Below the pieces are notes generated by a model. The model was not told the DNA's origin, ran no database searches, and was given only the letters and a program-made list of their open reading frames with translations. A DNA stretch of 64,000 nt, from the NCBI GenBank assembly GCA_965215565.1, contig CBDCDZ010000004.1, positions 3,968,001 to 4,032,000 on the forward strand. The letters are read 5' to 3'. Shown one piece after another: positions 8,922 to 19,012 of the stretch. A program made the position numbers and the translations under genes. Every line of letters starts with the position of its first letter. Within the stretch, counting starts at the first letter, position 1. This DNA comes from Trueperaceae bacterium (GTDB taxonomy: Bacteria; Deinococcota; Deinococci; Deinococcales; Trueperaceae).

Positions 8922-10703
8922 CTAGTTGCTGGCGAGCGGGTCTCGAGCCGTTCGACTGCCGGTTTGCACCTGCCAGAGTCCTGCGTAGATGCCGCTATCT
9001 TCCAGCAGCGTTTCGTGTTGCCCCGCTTCGGCAAGTCGTCCATGCTCTAGCACATAAATTTTATCTGCGTTGCGAATCGTTGATAGCCTATGCGCGATGA
9101 GGATGACCGTGCGGTTCTCCGAAATCTTCTCGAGTGAGCGCTGAATCGCCGCCTCAGTCTCATTGTCCACCGCTGAGGTTGCCTCGTCCAAGATCAAGAT
9201 GGGCGGGTCTTTGAGGACCGCTCTAGCAATCGAGATGCGCTGACGCTGCCCGCCCGAGAGCTTCTGACCTCGTTCGCCTACAACCGTGTCGTAGCCGTTC
9301 GGCAAGCTCTGAATAAACTCGTGCGCTTCGGCGATTTTGGCGGCGCGAACGATGCGCTCTTTATCTGCGTCCAAGTCACCGTAAACGATATTTTCCCACA
9401 CCGTCCCGTGAAACAAAAAGACGTCCTGGCTGACGAAGCCAATAGCGCTACGTAGACTTTTCATCTGCAAATCGCGCAAGTCTACACCGTCCAGCGTCAC
9501 TTGCCCTTGGGTAGGGTCATAGAAGCGCAGCAGTAACTTGATGAGCGTGCTCTTGCCCGCGCCCGTCGCGCCGACGATGGCGGTGGCCTCACCTTCTCGC
9601 ATGGTGAGCGAGAGGTTGTGCAAGACGCTGGGACCATCCTTGTAAGCGAAGCTGACCTCTTCCAAACGGATTTCGCCGCGCACCTTGTCTAAAACTTTAG
9701 AACCGTCCGTCATGCTCGAGTCCGTATCGAGCAGGTTCAAAATCCGCCTCGTGGACGCCATCGCCCGCTGGTAGAGGTCCAACGTCTGCCCGAGCCGTGT
9801 GAGGGGCCACAAAAGCCGCTGAGTCATAAAAACCAATACGCTATAGACGCCCACCGCCATCGCCCCGCTCGTTGTAAGGTAGCCGCCGTACACGAGCGTC
9901 GCGATAAAGCCCATCACAATCGCCATGCGAATGATCGGCACAAAGAGCGAGCTGAGCCGAATCGCCTTTTTATTGCTCTCGCGGTACTCGTCACTGCCCT
10001 CTTCAATCCTCTTCGCTTCGAACGCCTCCGCCGCGAAGCTCTTGATCGTCGCAATGCCGCTCAAATTGTTTGCAAGCTGTGAGTTTAAGAGCCCAACACG
10101 CTCGCGCACCTCCGCGTAGCGCGGCACGATGCGTTTTTGAAACCGTAGCGAACCCCAGATAATCACGGGCATCGGCAAAAAGGCGAGCCACGCCACCCCC
10201 GGAGCCGCCGCGAAGAAGATCGCCCCGATGATGAGGACCGTCGTCACGAGCTGCACGATGTCGTTCGCGCCCACGTCCAAAAAGCGCTCCAACTGGTTGA
10301 TGTCGTCGTTCAAGATGGACAAGAGCCCGCCCGTCGAACGGTCCTCAAAGTACGCCAACTCCAAGTTCTGCACGTGGTCGTAGGTTTCCACCCGCAGTTC
10401 ATGCTGCAAGGTCTGCGCGAGGTTACGCCACAGCACCTCCGCGATGTAATCCGTGACCGACTCCAAGCCCCATACGATGAGGGTGATCGCCGCTAAGACC
10501 CAAAGCTGCGTCATCACGTCCACAAGCCCGAACCGCGCCAAAAAGGAGTCTTGCTGCTGCACCACGGTGTCCACCGCCACGCCGATCAAGAGGGGCGGCG
10601 TGAGGTCGAAGGCTCTATTCCCGATGGAGGCGATGACGGACCAGACGACGTGGGTGCGGTGGTTGCGGGCGTAGTGCCAGAGGCGCGTGAGGGGGTGGGA
10701 CAT
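8922..10703 (-). CDS. ABC exporter, fused permease/ATP-binding protein
   Basis: TM domain plus [16 protein letters not shown] and ILDEATS. Confidence 0.95.
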   Translation of the reverse strand: MSHPLTRLWHYARNHRTHVVWSVIASIGNRAFDLTPPLLIGVAVDTVVQQQDSFLARFGLVDVMTQLWVLAAITLIVWGLESVTDYIAEVLWRNLAQTLQHELRVETYDHVQNLELAYFEDRSTGGLLSILNDDINQLERFLDVGANDIVQLVTTVLIIGAIFFAAAPGVAWLAFLPMPVIIWGSLRFQKRIVPRYAEVRERVGLLNSQLANNLSGIATIKSFAAEAFEAKRIEEGSDEYRESNKKAIRLSSLFVPIIRMAIVMGFIATLVYGGYLTTSGAMAVGVYSVLVFMTQRLLWPLTRLGQTLDLYQRAMASTRRILNLLDTDSSMTDGSKVLDKVRGEIRLEEVSFAYKDGPSVLHNLSLTMREGEATAIVGATGAGKSTLIKLLLRFYDPTQGQVTLDGVDLRDLQMKSLRSAIGFVSQDVFLFHGTVWENIVYGDLDADKERIVRAAKIAEAHEFIQSLPNGYDTVVGERGQKLSGGQRQRISIARAVLKDPPILILDEATSAVDNETEAAIQRSLEKISENRTVILIAHRLSTIRNADKIYVLEHGRLAEAGQHETLLEDSGIYAGLWQVQTGSRTARDPLASN

Positions 10704-10718
10704 GGTTTAGGCTACCTC
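10704..10718. promoter_or_regulatory. Putative bidirectional leaderless promoter (overlapping -10 boxes)
   Basis: TAGGCT-5 nt-ATG on the plus strand and TAGCCT-5 nt-ATG on the minus strand, within a 15-bp gap. Confidence 0.65.
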
Positions 10719-11090
10719 ATGAACTATATAGACCTCATCACTTTGGCTCACCAAGTGGCGCGTCCCATCTATCCGAGTGAGTCTTGTCGAGCGGGGACGG
10801 TTGGTGCAGCTATCGTGTCTTCTTCTGACAATGTCTACACAGGTATCTGTCTGGACTTCTCGTGCAGCTTAGGGTTTTGTGCGGAGCACGCGGCAATTGC
10901 AGACATGCTCAAGCATCGCGAGTCGGAGATCGCTCGAGTTGTGGCGGTAACGCATACGGGAGAGGTGCTGCCCCCTTGCGGACGCTGCCGGGAGATGATG
11001 TGGCAACTGAACGAAAAGAACAGGGAGGCGACTATTATTCTTAGCACGAGTGAAACGAGACCTCTTTGTGAGTTGTTGCCGCTTCGGTAG
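10719..11090 (+). CDS. Cytidine deaminase family protein
   Basis: VGAA...YTG...CAE(H)AA...PCGRCRE Zn-binding motifs; start MNYID. Confidence 0.85.
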   Translation: MNYIDLITLAHQVARPIYPSESCRAGTVGAAIVSSSDNVYTGICLDFSCSLGFCAEHAAIADMLKHRESEIARVVAVTHTGEVLPPCGRCREMMWQLNEKNREATIILSTSETRPLCELLPLR

Positions 11091-11177
11091 CTCGAGCAAC
11101 CACCACCGAAAGGCTACAGTCTCCGTGCTAAACTCACTTCACAGCGCTAAGGCGTCATCTCACTACGGAGTTATCTT

Positions 11178-12131
11178 GTGAAAATCATTCTTCCAGGGGG
11201 TTCAGGTCAAGTTGGATCGCTGTTGGCTCGAGCCTTTCACACGGGCGGGCACGACATTACCGTGCTGAGCCGACAGCCAACCTCTAGCCCCTGGCATACT
11301 GCCGCTTGGGACGGTGAAAACCTCGGTCCTTGGGCGGAAACGTTTGAAGGCGCAGATGTGGTCATTAACCTCGCGGGGAAAAATGTCAACTGCCGCTACA
11401 CGCCGGAAAACAAGCGCGAGATCATGCGCTCACGGGTCGATTCGACGCGGGTTGTCGGCGAGGCTATCGCGCGGTGCAAACGTCCGCCGAAGCTATGGCT
11501 CCAGTCGAGCACTGCGACGATCTACGCGCACCGCTACGACGCACCGAATGGCGAATTGACAGGCATCATCGGCGGCAACGAGCCGGACGCGCCGCGGGGT
11601 TGGGACTACAGCGTCGAGGTCGCTAAAGCGTGGGAAGCCGCCGTTGACGAGGCTAAGGTTCCCCGTACGAGAACGCTCAAGCTGCGCTCCGCCATGATCA
11701 TGAGCCCGGACGAGGGCGGCATCTTCGCGACACTGCTTCGCCTCGTTCGCTTTGGGTTAGGCGGCAGGGCAGGCGACGGGCGGCAGTACGTATCGTGGAT
11801 TCACGAGCGCGACTTCGTCCGCGCTCTATATTGGCTGATTGAGCATGAGCAGTTAGAGGGTGCTATGAACCTCTCCGCGCCCAACCCCTTGCCCTACGCG
11901 GACTTCATGCGGGAGTTGCGGGAGAGTGCAGGCGTACCTATAGGGCTACCTGCAACCGAGTGGATGTTAGACCTTGGCACGTGGCTACTCCGAACGGAGA
12001 CGGAACTCGTTTTGAAAAGTCGGCGGGTCGCGCCGACGCGGTTGCTGAAAAGTGGCTTCTCGTTCGACTATCCCGAATGGTCCGGGGCTGCGGATGAGCT
12101 GTGTGAGCGGTTTAAGAAGCGGCGTGACTAG
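11178..12131 (+). CDS. TIGR01777-type NAD-dependent epimerase/oxidoreductase
   Basis: GGSGQVG, VINLAG, SRVDST, GDGRQYVSWIH, SRRVAP.RL. Confidence 0.9.
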   Translation: MKIILPGGSGQVGSLLARAFHTGGHDITVLSRQPTSSPWHTAAWDGENLGPWAETFEGADVVINLAGKNVNCRYTPENKREIMRSRVDSTRVVGEAIARCKRPPKLWLQSSTATIYAHRYDAPNGELTGIIGGNEPDAPRGWDYSVEVAKAWEAAVDEAKVPRTRTLKLRSAMIMSPDEGGIFATLLRLVRFGLGGRAGDGRQYVSWIHERDFVRALYWLIEHEQLEGAMNLSAPNPLPYADFMRELRESAGVPIGLPATEWMLDLGTWLLRTETELVLKSRRVAPTRLLKSGFSFDYPEWSGAADELCERFKKRRD

Positions 12132-12710
12132 GTGAGCAAGAATCTCAAACGCACCAGTAAATTTTTAAGTCTCGTGCTGCGGCATAAGCCGGAGGTCATC
12201 GACTTGTCGCTTGATGCAAACGGCTGGGCAGACATCGGCGCCCTCCTCTTTGCGGCGCAGCGTCACGGTCATCCGCTCACCAAAGACCTCTTAGACGAAG
12301 TCGTTTTTACCAATGACAAGCAGCGTTTCGCTTACAGCCCGGACGGGTCGAAGATTCGGGCGAATCAGGGACATTCGGTGACGGTGAATTTAGAGCTTGA
12401 ACTCACTAAGCCGCCCCTTGTGCTCTATCACGGCACGGTGGCAAAATTTTTAGAGTCGATAAGGGTGTCTGGGCTCGAGAAGCGAAACAGGCAGCACGTC
12501 CACCTCTCCGCAACGGTTGAAACAGCGCGGCGCGTCGGCGCACGTCGCGGTGAGCCTGTTGTTCTCTCAGTTGACGCCAGAACCATGCACGAAGAGGGCT
12601 ATCTCTTTTACCTCTCCGCTAATGGCGTCTGGCTGACGGAGGTGGTTCCTCCAGTCTACATCGGCGAACTCAGCAATTGGAAACCAATTGGCAAGAAGAA
12701 ACGAGGGTAA
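12132..12710 (+). CDS. kptA: RNA 2'-phosphotransferase (Tpt1/KptA)
   Basis: SKFLSLVLRH, KQRF, IRANQGHS, LYHGT, RQHVHLS, NGVWL. Confidence 0.92.
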   Translation: MSKNLKRTSKFLSLVLRHKPEVIDLSLDANGWADIGALLFAAQRHGHPLTKDLLDEVVFTNDKQRFAYSPDGSKIRANQGHSVTVNLELELTKPPLVLYHGTVAKFLESIRVSGLEKRNRQHVHLSATVETARRVGARRGEPVVLSVDARTMHEEGYLFYLSANGVWLTEVVPPVYIGELSNWKPIGKKKRG

Positions 12711-12752
12711 AAGCGCTGTCTGACCCCTCAACCCTACGTGCTAAACTACCTT

Positions 12753-12968
12753 ATGAAGTTCACAGCCGTATTCGAAAAAGTATCTAAAGGCTACATCGGC
12801 TTTACCCTGGAACTGCCGGGCGCAAATACTCAGGGAGAAACGCTCGAGGAAGCCCGTGAAAATTTGAAAGAGGCGGTTGAACTTGTACTTGAAGCGAACC
12901 GCACTCTAGCTGAGGAATCGTTACGAGGACGTGAGGTTATCAAAGAAAACTTTCTGTTGACTGCTTAG
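12753..12968 (+). CDS. hicB: HicB-like antitoxin
   Basis: ELPGANTQGETLEEARENLKEAVEL; leaderless start MKFTAVFE. Confidence 0.85.
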   Translation: MKFTAVFEKVSKGYIGFTLELPGANTQGETLEEARENLKEAVELVLEANRTLAEESLRGREVIKENFLLTA

Positions 12969-13153
12969 TAAAGCGCCGTAACCTTGTCAAGCATCTCGAG
13001 AAGAGCGGCTGCTAGTCCTTCCGTAAAGGTGGTAGGCATACGGTTTACGTCAACCGCTCGGCTGGCAAGTCCTCTGCTGTACTAAGACACCGCGAAATCA
13101 ACGACAACCTCGCTAAGAAGATTTGTAAGGACCTAGAAATTTCTGTGCCATAG
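12968..13153 (+). pseudogene. hicA: HicA toxin pseudogene
   Basis: Reads VKRRNLVKHLEKSGC*SFRKGGRHTVYVN...LRHREINDNLAKKICKDLEI; start codon is GTA and there is an in-frame TAG at 13013. Confidence 0.85.
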
Positions 13154-13159
13154 CTATCT

Positions 13160-13375
13160 CTACACCTTATCGTCCGGCAGGTTTTCGTCCGGTCCTTCAC
13201 GTATCTCGGGGTCAGGCTGGTCGGGCATCTCTCTAGGCTCGGGCGGCGTTTCTAGGTCGTCCGGGGTTTCAATAGGTCGCTCAGTGGGCGGCGCGGCGGG
13301 CGCGTTCCCTGGCGTTTGCACCGGCGCGTCGTTCGGGCTCGGCATGGTGGGCTGCTGTGGGTTGTAGTCGTTCAT
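13160..13375 (-). CDS. Small Pro/acidic disordered hypothetical protein (71 aa)
   Basis: RBS GAGGGGG before MNDYNPQQ; Pro/Glu/Asp-rich. Confidence 0.6.
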   Translation of the reverse strand: MNDYNPQQPTMPSPNDAPVQTPGNAPAAPPTERPIETPDDLETPPEPREMPDQPDPEIREGPDENLPDDKV

Positions 13376-13450
13376 GGATATATCCCCCTCTAACCTCACT
13401 ATGCGCCACATCGCGGTGGAAAACAACGCCTTTAGGCTACGATTGACCTC

Positions 13451-13942
13451 ATGGCAAAGTTTAATTACGACTTAGATTTTGACTCCATAGACTTCCGCGA
13501 GCAGCCCGAGCTTTACCGCGTCGGCAGGGGCGAGCAGGGTGTCTTGAAGGTTGAGCCCTATAAAAGCGAAATCCTCCCGCACTGGCGTTTCAAAACACCC
13601 GACATCGCTGAAGCGTCTTCAGAGAAAATACTGGAGATGTTCTACGAATATCTGGATAACGGAGATTTTGTCGGCGCGGACATGGCGCGTAAGTTCTTGC
13701 AGATGGGCTGGACGCGCTCGAGGCGCTACGCCAACCATAAGGGCGGCAAGAAGTATAAGGGTGCTGTTCCAGATGACAAAAAAGGGCAGAGCGGCGCACA
13801 TGGACGCGAAGAATTGCCCCGCGAAATCGACGAAGAAAAAGCCCGCTCAGCCGAAATTTTTTACGGAAAGTACGTCGAGGCGCGGGAGAACGAGCGGTAC
13901 AAGGAGATGAAAGAGAAGCATAAAAAGAGCAATGAGCGATGA
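13451..13942 (+). CDS. DUF4385-like protein
   Basis: YRVGRGEQGVL.VEPYKSEILPHWRFKTP...DMARKFLQMG.TR.RRYANH. Confidence 0.85.
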   Translation: MAKFNYDLDFDSIDFREQPELYRVGRGEQGVLKVEPYKSEILPHWRFKTPDIAEASSEKILEMFYEYLDNGDFVGADMARKFLQMGWTRSRRYANHKGGKKYKGAVPDDKKGQSGAHGREELPREIDEEKARSAEIFYGKYVEARENERYKEMKEKHKKSNER

Positions 13943-14059
13943 GTTTTTGGATTTCACTCATTGCTCATTAGGTTAAGGCTGAAAGCCGTTGCACTTCGTG
14001 CTCACCTATAAGAGCCTTTGAGCTTTGCTCTAACCTATGCTTTTAACTCATTGCTGCTT

Positions 14060-14308
14060 TTAGTCTATCCACCCGTACGTATCTTTCTCTTCCCCCGGCT
14101 GATACGTCCCCTCGCGCCCGCAGTTGCCGCACTTCGCTTCGACTTCTGCCGCTTCCTTGCCGCCACCGCCCTCGGCGGGGTCACTCGCGAGTTCGACGTG
14201 GACGTCGCTCGAGCCGCAGTTGGGGCACTCGGTCTTCTCGTTGCGCTGAAATGTTTGCCAGAGAGCCTCGAGTTCGTCGTGTGTGTAGTGTTCCTGCGTG
14301 GTTGCCAT
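14060..14308 (-). CDS. Small zinc-ribbon protein
   Basis: CPNCG...CGNCG; leaderless TACACT-6 nt-ATG. Confidence 0.65.
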   Translation of the reverse strand: MATTQEHYTHDELEALWQTFQRNEKTECPNCGSSDVHVELASDPAEGGGGKEAAEVEAKCGNCGREGTYQPGEEKDTYGWID

Positions 14309-14496
14309 GCCTCAAGTGTACGTGCAACCTTTCACAAAGAAAGTAGACCGCAACCCTGTAGCGCCGCGTAGAAGTTCACAGTTCTCCGCAGAGGACGCTT
14401 ATAGAAAATATGACGCTGTCCTACCCTCTCACAAGAGGTGACTCGCTATAGTTCTTGGAGTGAAGTGCGCTTTTACACGCACTTGGAAAGGAACTT

Positions 14497-15393
14497 ATGG
14501 CACAACAGGAAAATATGCAGGGTAAAGTCTGCTTAGTTACGGGCGCAAGCTCAGGCATTGGACACGAGCTTGCAAAGGCGTTGGCGCGAACAGGGGCGAC
14601 GGTAGTGACGGTCTCACGTGGTGGTGGCAGCGGCGACGAGAAGACCTCGCAGATTCGCCGTGAGACGGGCAACAGCGAGGTCATCTTCATGCCCGCTGAC
14701 CTCTCGTCCACGAGTGAGGTGCGCAACCTTGCGGCGCGGTTCAAGGCACGCTTTGACCGCCTCGACGTGTTGGTCAACAACGCAGGCATCTTCATGTCTA
14801 AACGTCAGCTCACTGAGGATGGGTACGAGAAAACGTTTGCGCTCAACCACCTCGCGCCCTTTTTGCTCACACACCTCTTGATGGAGCCGTTAGTGAGAAG
14901 TGCGCCTGCGCGCATCATCACGACTTCCTCCAAAGCGGAGAGCTTCGGCAAGATGAACTTTGACGATTTGATGCTGGAAAATTACGGCGGCTGGAAGGCC
15001 TACGGTCAGTCCAAGCTCGCCAATTTGCTCTTCACCTATGAGTTGAGCAAGCGGCTTTTAGGCACGGGCGTCGCGGCGAACGCCTTTCACCCAGGCGGCG
15101 TGGCGACGGGCTTCGGGCTCAACAACGACGGATTTGTGTCGCTGCTTTTCGGCACGGTGATAAGACCGCTTCTTAAAACGCCCGAGGAGGGCGCGCAGAG
15201 CGGCATTTACCTGGCGTCTTCGCCTAACGCAGAGGGGGTGACGGGGCGCTACTACATCGACGAGATGCCCGCGACCTCGTCCAAACGCTCCTACGACGTG
15301 AACACGCAGAAACGGCTGTGGACCGAAAGCGAGCGGCTGGTAGGGTTGAGTAAAGAGGAGAGCGCGCCGCTCAATCTTGCGGGCGTGGTGTAG
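14497..15393 (+). CDS. SDR oxidoreductase (retinol dehydrogenase-like)
   Basis: TGASSGIG, NNAG, NHLAPFLLT, YGQSKLAN, HPG. Confidence 0.92.
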   Translation: MAQQENMQGKVCLVTGASSGIGHELAKALARTGATVVTVSRGGGSGDEKTSQIRRETGNSEVIFMPADLSSTSEVRNLAARFKARFDRLDVLVNNAGIFMSKRQLTEDGYEKTFALNHLAPFLLTHLLMEPLVRSAPARIITTSSKAESFGKMNFDDLMLENYGGWKAYGQSKLANLLFTYELSKRLLGTGVAANAFHPGGVATGFGLNNDGFVSLLFGTVIRPLLKTPEEGAQSGIYLASSPNAEGVTGRYYIDEMPATSSKRSYDVNTQKRLWTESERLVGLSKEESAPLNLAGVV

Positions 15394-16017
15394 ATGCCTC
15401 CTGAGCAACCGGCTAAGCGTGCGCAAACGGACTATGAGGTCTTGGATTTGATCGAAAAACGCTGGAGCCCGAGGGCATTTGCAGATAGACCCGTCGAGCA
15501 GGAGAAACTCTTGAGCGTTTTAGAGGCGGCGCGCTGGGCGTCCTCCTCGAACAACCGCCAGCCTTGGCGCTTTATCGTAACGCGGAAGGGTGAGGCGAGC
15601 TTCGGCGCGCTCCTCGGCACGTTGCGCGAAGGCAACGTGAGCTGGGCGCAGCGCGCGCCCGTACTTATCTTGAGCCTCGCGGAAAAGGAGTTTCCGGCTC
15701 GAGGAGATAAGCCCGCGCGGGCGAACCGCCACGCCTGGCACGACGTCGGCGCGGCGGTCAACACGCTCACCTTGCAAGCCGCAGCGCTCGGCCTCTATGT
15801 TCACCAGATGGCGGGCTTTTACCCTGAAAAGGCGGCGGAGGTGTTCGAGGTGCCGGGCATGTTTGAACCCGTCGCGGTTTCAGCGCTCGGTTACTTGGGC
15901 GACCCTGACGATTTGTCAGAGCCTTTACGCGAGCGCGAACTTGCCGAGAGGACGCGCAAGCCGCTCGGTGAGCTTGTCTTTGGGAAGAGGTTTGGCGAGC
16001 CGTGGGCGGGGCTCTGA
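15394..16017 (+). CDS. Nitroreductase family protein
   Basis: RWSPRAF, AARWASSSNNRQPWRF, HQMAGF. Confidence 0.92.
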   Translation: MPPEQPAKRAQTDYEVLDLIEKRWSPRAFADRPVEQEKLLSVLEAARWASSSNNRQPWRFIVTRKGEASFGALLGTLREGNVSWAQRAPVLILSLAEKEFPARGDKPARANRHAWHDVGAAVNTLTLQAAALGLYVHQMAGFYPEKAAEVFEVPGMFEPVAVSALGYLGDPDDLSEPLRERELAERTRKPLGELVFGKRFGEPWAGL

Positions 16018-16145
16018 TCTATCCACCCGCTCGTAGACGTTGAATGTCTCGTAACTGCCTTACCCGGACGACGTCTTTTTTGCGCCTCGGTATGGTCAGG
16101 GTTGCTAAGAGGTCGTCGGGATGACCTGCTCGGACCTCTTGTCCG

Positions 16146-16181
16146 TGCGGAGAAGTGTAGCAATGATAAGTGGAATTGCTA
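16146..16181 (+). repeat. Isolated right-end fragment of the TAGCAG element
   Basis: TGCGGAGAAGTGTAGCAATGATAAGTGGAATTGCTA matches the ends of the copies at 8554, 36385 and 40575. Confidence 0.7.
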
Positions 16182-16312
16182 TAGCAAACGCGGCACGTCA
16201 GGTGCCCGTCTGTGCTGAACTTGTGGCATCCACACAGCACAAAAGCCAGGCGCTAGTTTGACTACGCCTGACTTCGCTGTGCTTAAATCTCAGCTATGGA
16301 ATAATTAAAAGG

Positions 16313-16504
16313 TCAAATTCCCTCTGACTGCGGCATCACCAACCACAAGATGATGTAAAGAATCAGCCCGCCCCCCGAAAAGAGCGTCAAAAGCACGAAA
16401 ATCACGCGCACCAACGTTGCGTCGATGTCGAAGTAGCGTGCTAAACCGCCACAAACCCCTGCGATTTTTTTATCCAAGCTGCTGCGTACGAGTCTCTTTT
16501 CCAT
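16313..16504 (-). CDS. pspC: PspC domain protein
   Basis: [31 protein letters not shown]...[10 protein letters not shown]. Confidence 0.9.
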   Translation of the reverse strand: MEKRLVRSSLDKKIAGVCGGLARYFDIDATLVRVIFVLLTLFSGGGLILYIILWLVMPQSEGI

Positions 16505-16742
16505 AAACCCTCCTTATAAGGCTAGTGTAACGTGCACTCTAGCAGAAAAAAAGGGCCGACCTCATACTGAAGATGTCGATGTTTGTGGAGTGTGCTATCC
16601 AAAGCTTCGGAGCCGCCTGGGGCAATGAAGTGTGCGTCGTTGATACTACGGCGATACCTTGTTACGTTAAGCGTTGCTTTCGTGCGAATTCCGGTTGATT
16701 CGCCCTCATGCGCGCGTCAATCCGAGTGGAGTTCGTGTCACT

Positions 16743-16897
16743 TAGCAGTTCCAAGACATACTGAGACGGATGAGCGCAGGTATCATCATCGAATGTGCGT
16801 GCTAGTTAGGCACTTTTCGCAAAGCGAAACGTCGTTTCATCTAGTGAGCGTGTTGCTTCGCACAACTTCGTACACTCAAACCAGATAATACCTGCTA
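16743..16897 (-). mobile_element. TAGCAG element, copy 2
   Basis: TAGCAGTTCC...GCAGGTATCATC...GTGCGTGCTA...CCAGATAATACCTGCTA. Confidence 0.75.
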
Positions 16898-16919
16898 ACT
16901 CAACCTCTCGGGAGGCGTC

Positions 16920-17714
16920 ATGGATTTGCAACTCACAGGTAAACAAGCGCTCGTCACCGGCTCAACGGCGGGCATCGGCTTCGCTATCGCTAAGCGGCTC
17001 GCGCACGAGGGCGCGTCCGTCATCGTGAATGGACGCACGCAAGAGCGCGTGGACGCGGCGGTAGCCAAGATTCAGCAGGACTCGCCCGAGGGCGAGGTAC
17101 TGGGCGCAGCCGCTGACCTCTCATCTGCCGAGGGCGTGCAGCGCGTGACCGAGGCGTACCCCGGTGTGGGCATCCTCGTCAACAACGTTGGTATGTTCGA
17201 TCCTAAGCCCTTCGTCGACATCTCGGACGACGAATGGCTGGACTTTTTCAAGCTCAACGTGCTCTCCGGCGTGCGGCTCTCGCGCTACTACCTGCCTAAG
17301 ATGAAAGAGCGGGGCTGGGGGCGCATCGTCTTTATTTCTTCGGAGTCCGCGGTTCATATTCCCGAAGAGATGATCCACTACGGGATGACCAAGACGGCGC
17401 AGATCGCGGTGGCGCGCGGTCTGGCGGAGACCACCGTAAAGAGCGGCGTCACGGTCAACTCGGTGCTGCCCGGTCCGACGCGCTCGGAGGGCATCGAGGC
17501 ATTCATCAGCGGCGTGGCGGAGGACCAGGGCGTGAGTTGGGACGAGATGGAGGCGCAGTTCTTCGAGACGGAGCGTCCGACGTCGCTCCTAAAGCGTTTT
17601 ATCGAGGTGGACGAGGTGGCGAACCTGACCGCGTACGTCTGCAGTCCGCTCTCGTCCGCGACGAACGGCGCGGCTTTGCGCGTGGACGGCGGCGTGGTGC
17701 GGGCGGTCTTCTAG
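16920..17714 (+). CDS. SDR oxidoreductase
   Basis: TGSTAGIG, NNVG, YGMTK, NSVLPGPT, RVDGG. Confidence 0.92.
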   Translation: MDLQLTGKQALVTGSTAGIGFAIAKRLAHEGASVIVNGRTQERVDAAVAKIQQDSPEGEVLGAAADLSSAEGVQRVTEAYPGVGILVNNVGMFDPKPFVDISDDEWLDFFKLNVLSGVRLSRYYLPKMKERGWGRIVFISSESAVHIPEEMIHYGMTKTAQIAVARGLAETTVKSGVTVNSVLPGPTRSEGIEAFISGVAEDQGVSWDEMEAQFFETERPTSLLKRFIEVDEVANLTAYVCSPLSSATNGAALRVDGGVVRAVF

Positions 17715-17715
17715 G

Positions 17716-18669
17716 TTGGGGGCTCGAGCGGAAAAAACGAGCGCAGACGAACCCGGAGTGCGCTTCGTGGTGAACGACGAGCGGTTGAGCGCCGCCCTCC
17801 TTCATGACCTTTACGGCGCTGTGGAGTGGAACGCCCAAAGTAAGCGAACCCACGCTAAAACGGAGAAGATGCTGCATTCTTCCTGGTATGTCGCTGCGTG
17901 GTCCGAGGGACGGCTCGTCGGCTTCGGGCGGATTCTGGCGGACCCCTACACCGCGCAAATCTTGGACGTGATGACGCACCCCGGCTACTGGAAAACCGGG
18001 ATTGCGTCGGGCGTGATGGCGCGGCTGCTGGACTACGCGAGAGGTCGATTCCTGAGCGTGACGCTCGTCGCGCCGAGCGGCTTGGAGGGGTTCTATGCCC
18101 GCTTCGGCTTCGACGTGGCGAGCCCCCGAAGCGACGCGCTGATGATTTTGACAGACGCGCAGCAAGCTGCGGGAGATGTGGGTACCCAAAAGACGGAAAT
18201 CGACGAAAGCTGGTACGAGCGTCCTAGAGACGAACGCGGAGACGAAGTGAGCGAACGGCTCGCAGCGGGCGGCGTCGTGGTCCGCGTGGAGGGCGAACGC
18301 CTAAAGGTGGCGCTCGTGCGTGAGGCGGGGCTCGGCCGCGTCATCTTGCCCAAAGGTGGCGTGGAAGTCGGTGAGGACGTGTTGGCAGCGGCGGAGCGCG
18401 AAATCGCGGAGGAGGCTGGCATCACTGACCTCAGAATGGTCCTCAAACTCGGCGTGAAAGAGCGGCTGTCTTACGACAAAAAACGCTGGACGGTGACGCA
18501 CTACTTCCTCTTCTCCACGGAGCAAGTCGAGGGCACGCTGAGCAACGACGCGCACGACTACCGGCTCGAGTGGCACGATTTAGCCAGCCTGCCGCCGATG
18601 TTTTGGCCCGAACAAAGGGCGCTCATCGAGATGAACAGGGAGACCATCAGGATGTTTCTAGCGCCTTGA
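17716..18669 (+). CDS. GNAT acetyltransferase-NUDIX hydrolase fusion (start uncertain)
   Basis: LVGFGR...DVMTHPGYWKTGIA...FYARFGF, then Nudix box PKGGVEVGEDVLAAAEREIAEEAG. Confidence 0.75.
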   Translation: MGARAEKTSADEPGVRFVVNDERLSAALLHDLYGAVEWNAQSKRTHAKTEKMLHSSWYVAAWSEGRLVGFGRILADPYTAQILDVMTHPGYWKTGIASGVMARLLDYARGRFLSVTLVAPSGLEGFYARFGFDVASPRSDALMILTDAQQAAGDVGTQKTEIDESWYERPRDERGDEVSERLAAGGVVVRVEGERLKVALVREAGLGRVILPKGGVEVGEDVLAAAEREIAEEAGITDLRMVLKLGVKERLSYDKKRWTVTHYFLFSTEQVEGTLSNDAHDYRLEWHDLASLPPMFWPEQRALIEMNRETIRMFLAP

Positions 18670-18757
18670 CGGGCTCGAGCTTAGCGAGGTTTTGAAAACA
18701 TTCAATGTTAGGGTTGCCGTATCTACTCAGGTAAGGGATTTTAGCTCCTGGTGCGTA

Positions 18758-18919
18758 TAGCAGGTATCATCTGGTTTGAAACACTCTTACTGTCCGAAGC
18801 GACGTTTAACACGCACATTCGGTGATGATGCCTTTGGCGTTGCCAAAACTTCCGTCTCCCGCCTTTGGCGGAAGCCTACGGAAAGCGGCATTCTGTCTCA
18901 GTATGTTTTGGAACTACTA
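18758..18919 (+). mobile_element. TAGCAG element, copy 3
   Basis: TAGCAGGTATCATCTGG...GTCTCAGTATGTTTTGGAACTACTA. Confidence 0.75.
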
Positions 18920-19012
18920 AGAGAAGAAAAGCCTCGAGCCTGACCTAAACCTCTACGCCGCGTGCATGTTCCCTTACATCAAAACCTTAAAATTTAAGGT
19001 ATATTCGAGTCC

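Noticed and set aside
12132..13153. kptA plus hicBA as an RNA-repair/defence system
   Set aside because: kptA abuts the epimerase gene, hicB has its own promoter, and the toxin is dead; nothing beyond adjacency supports a link.
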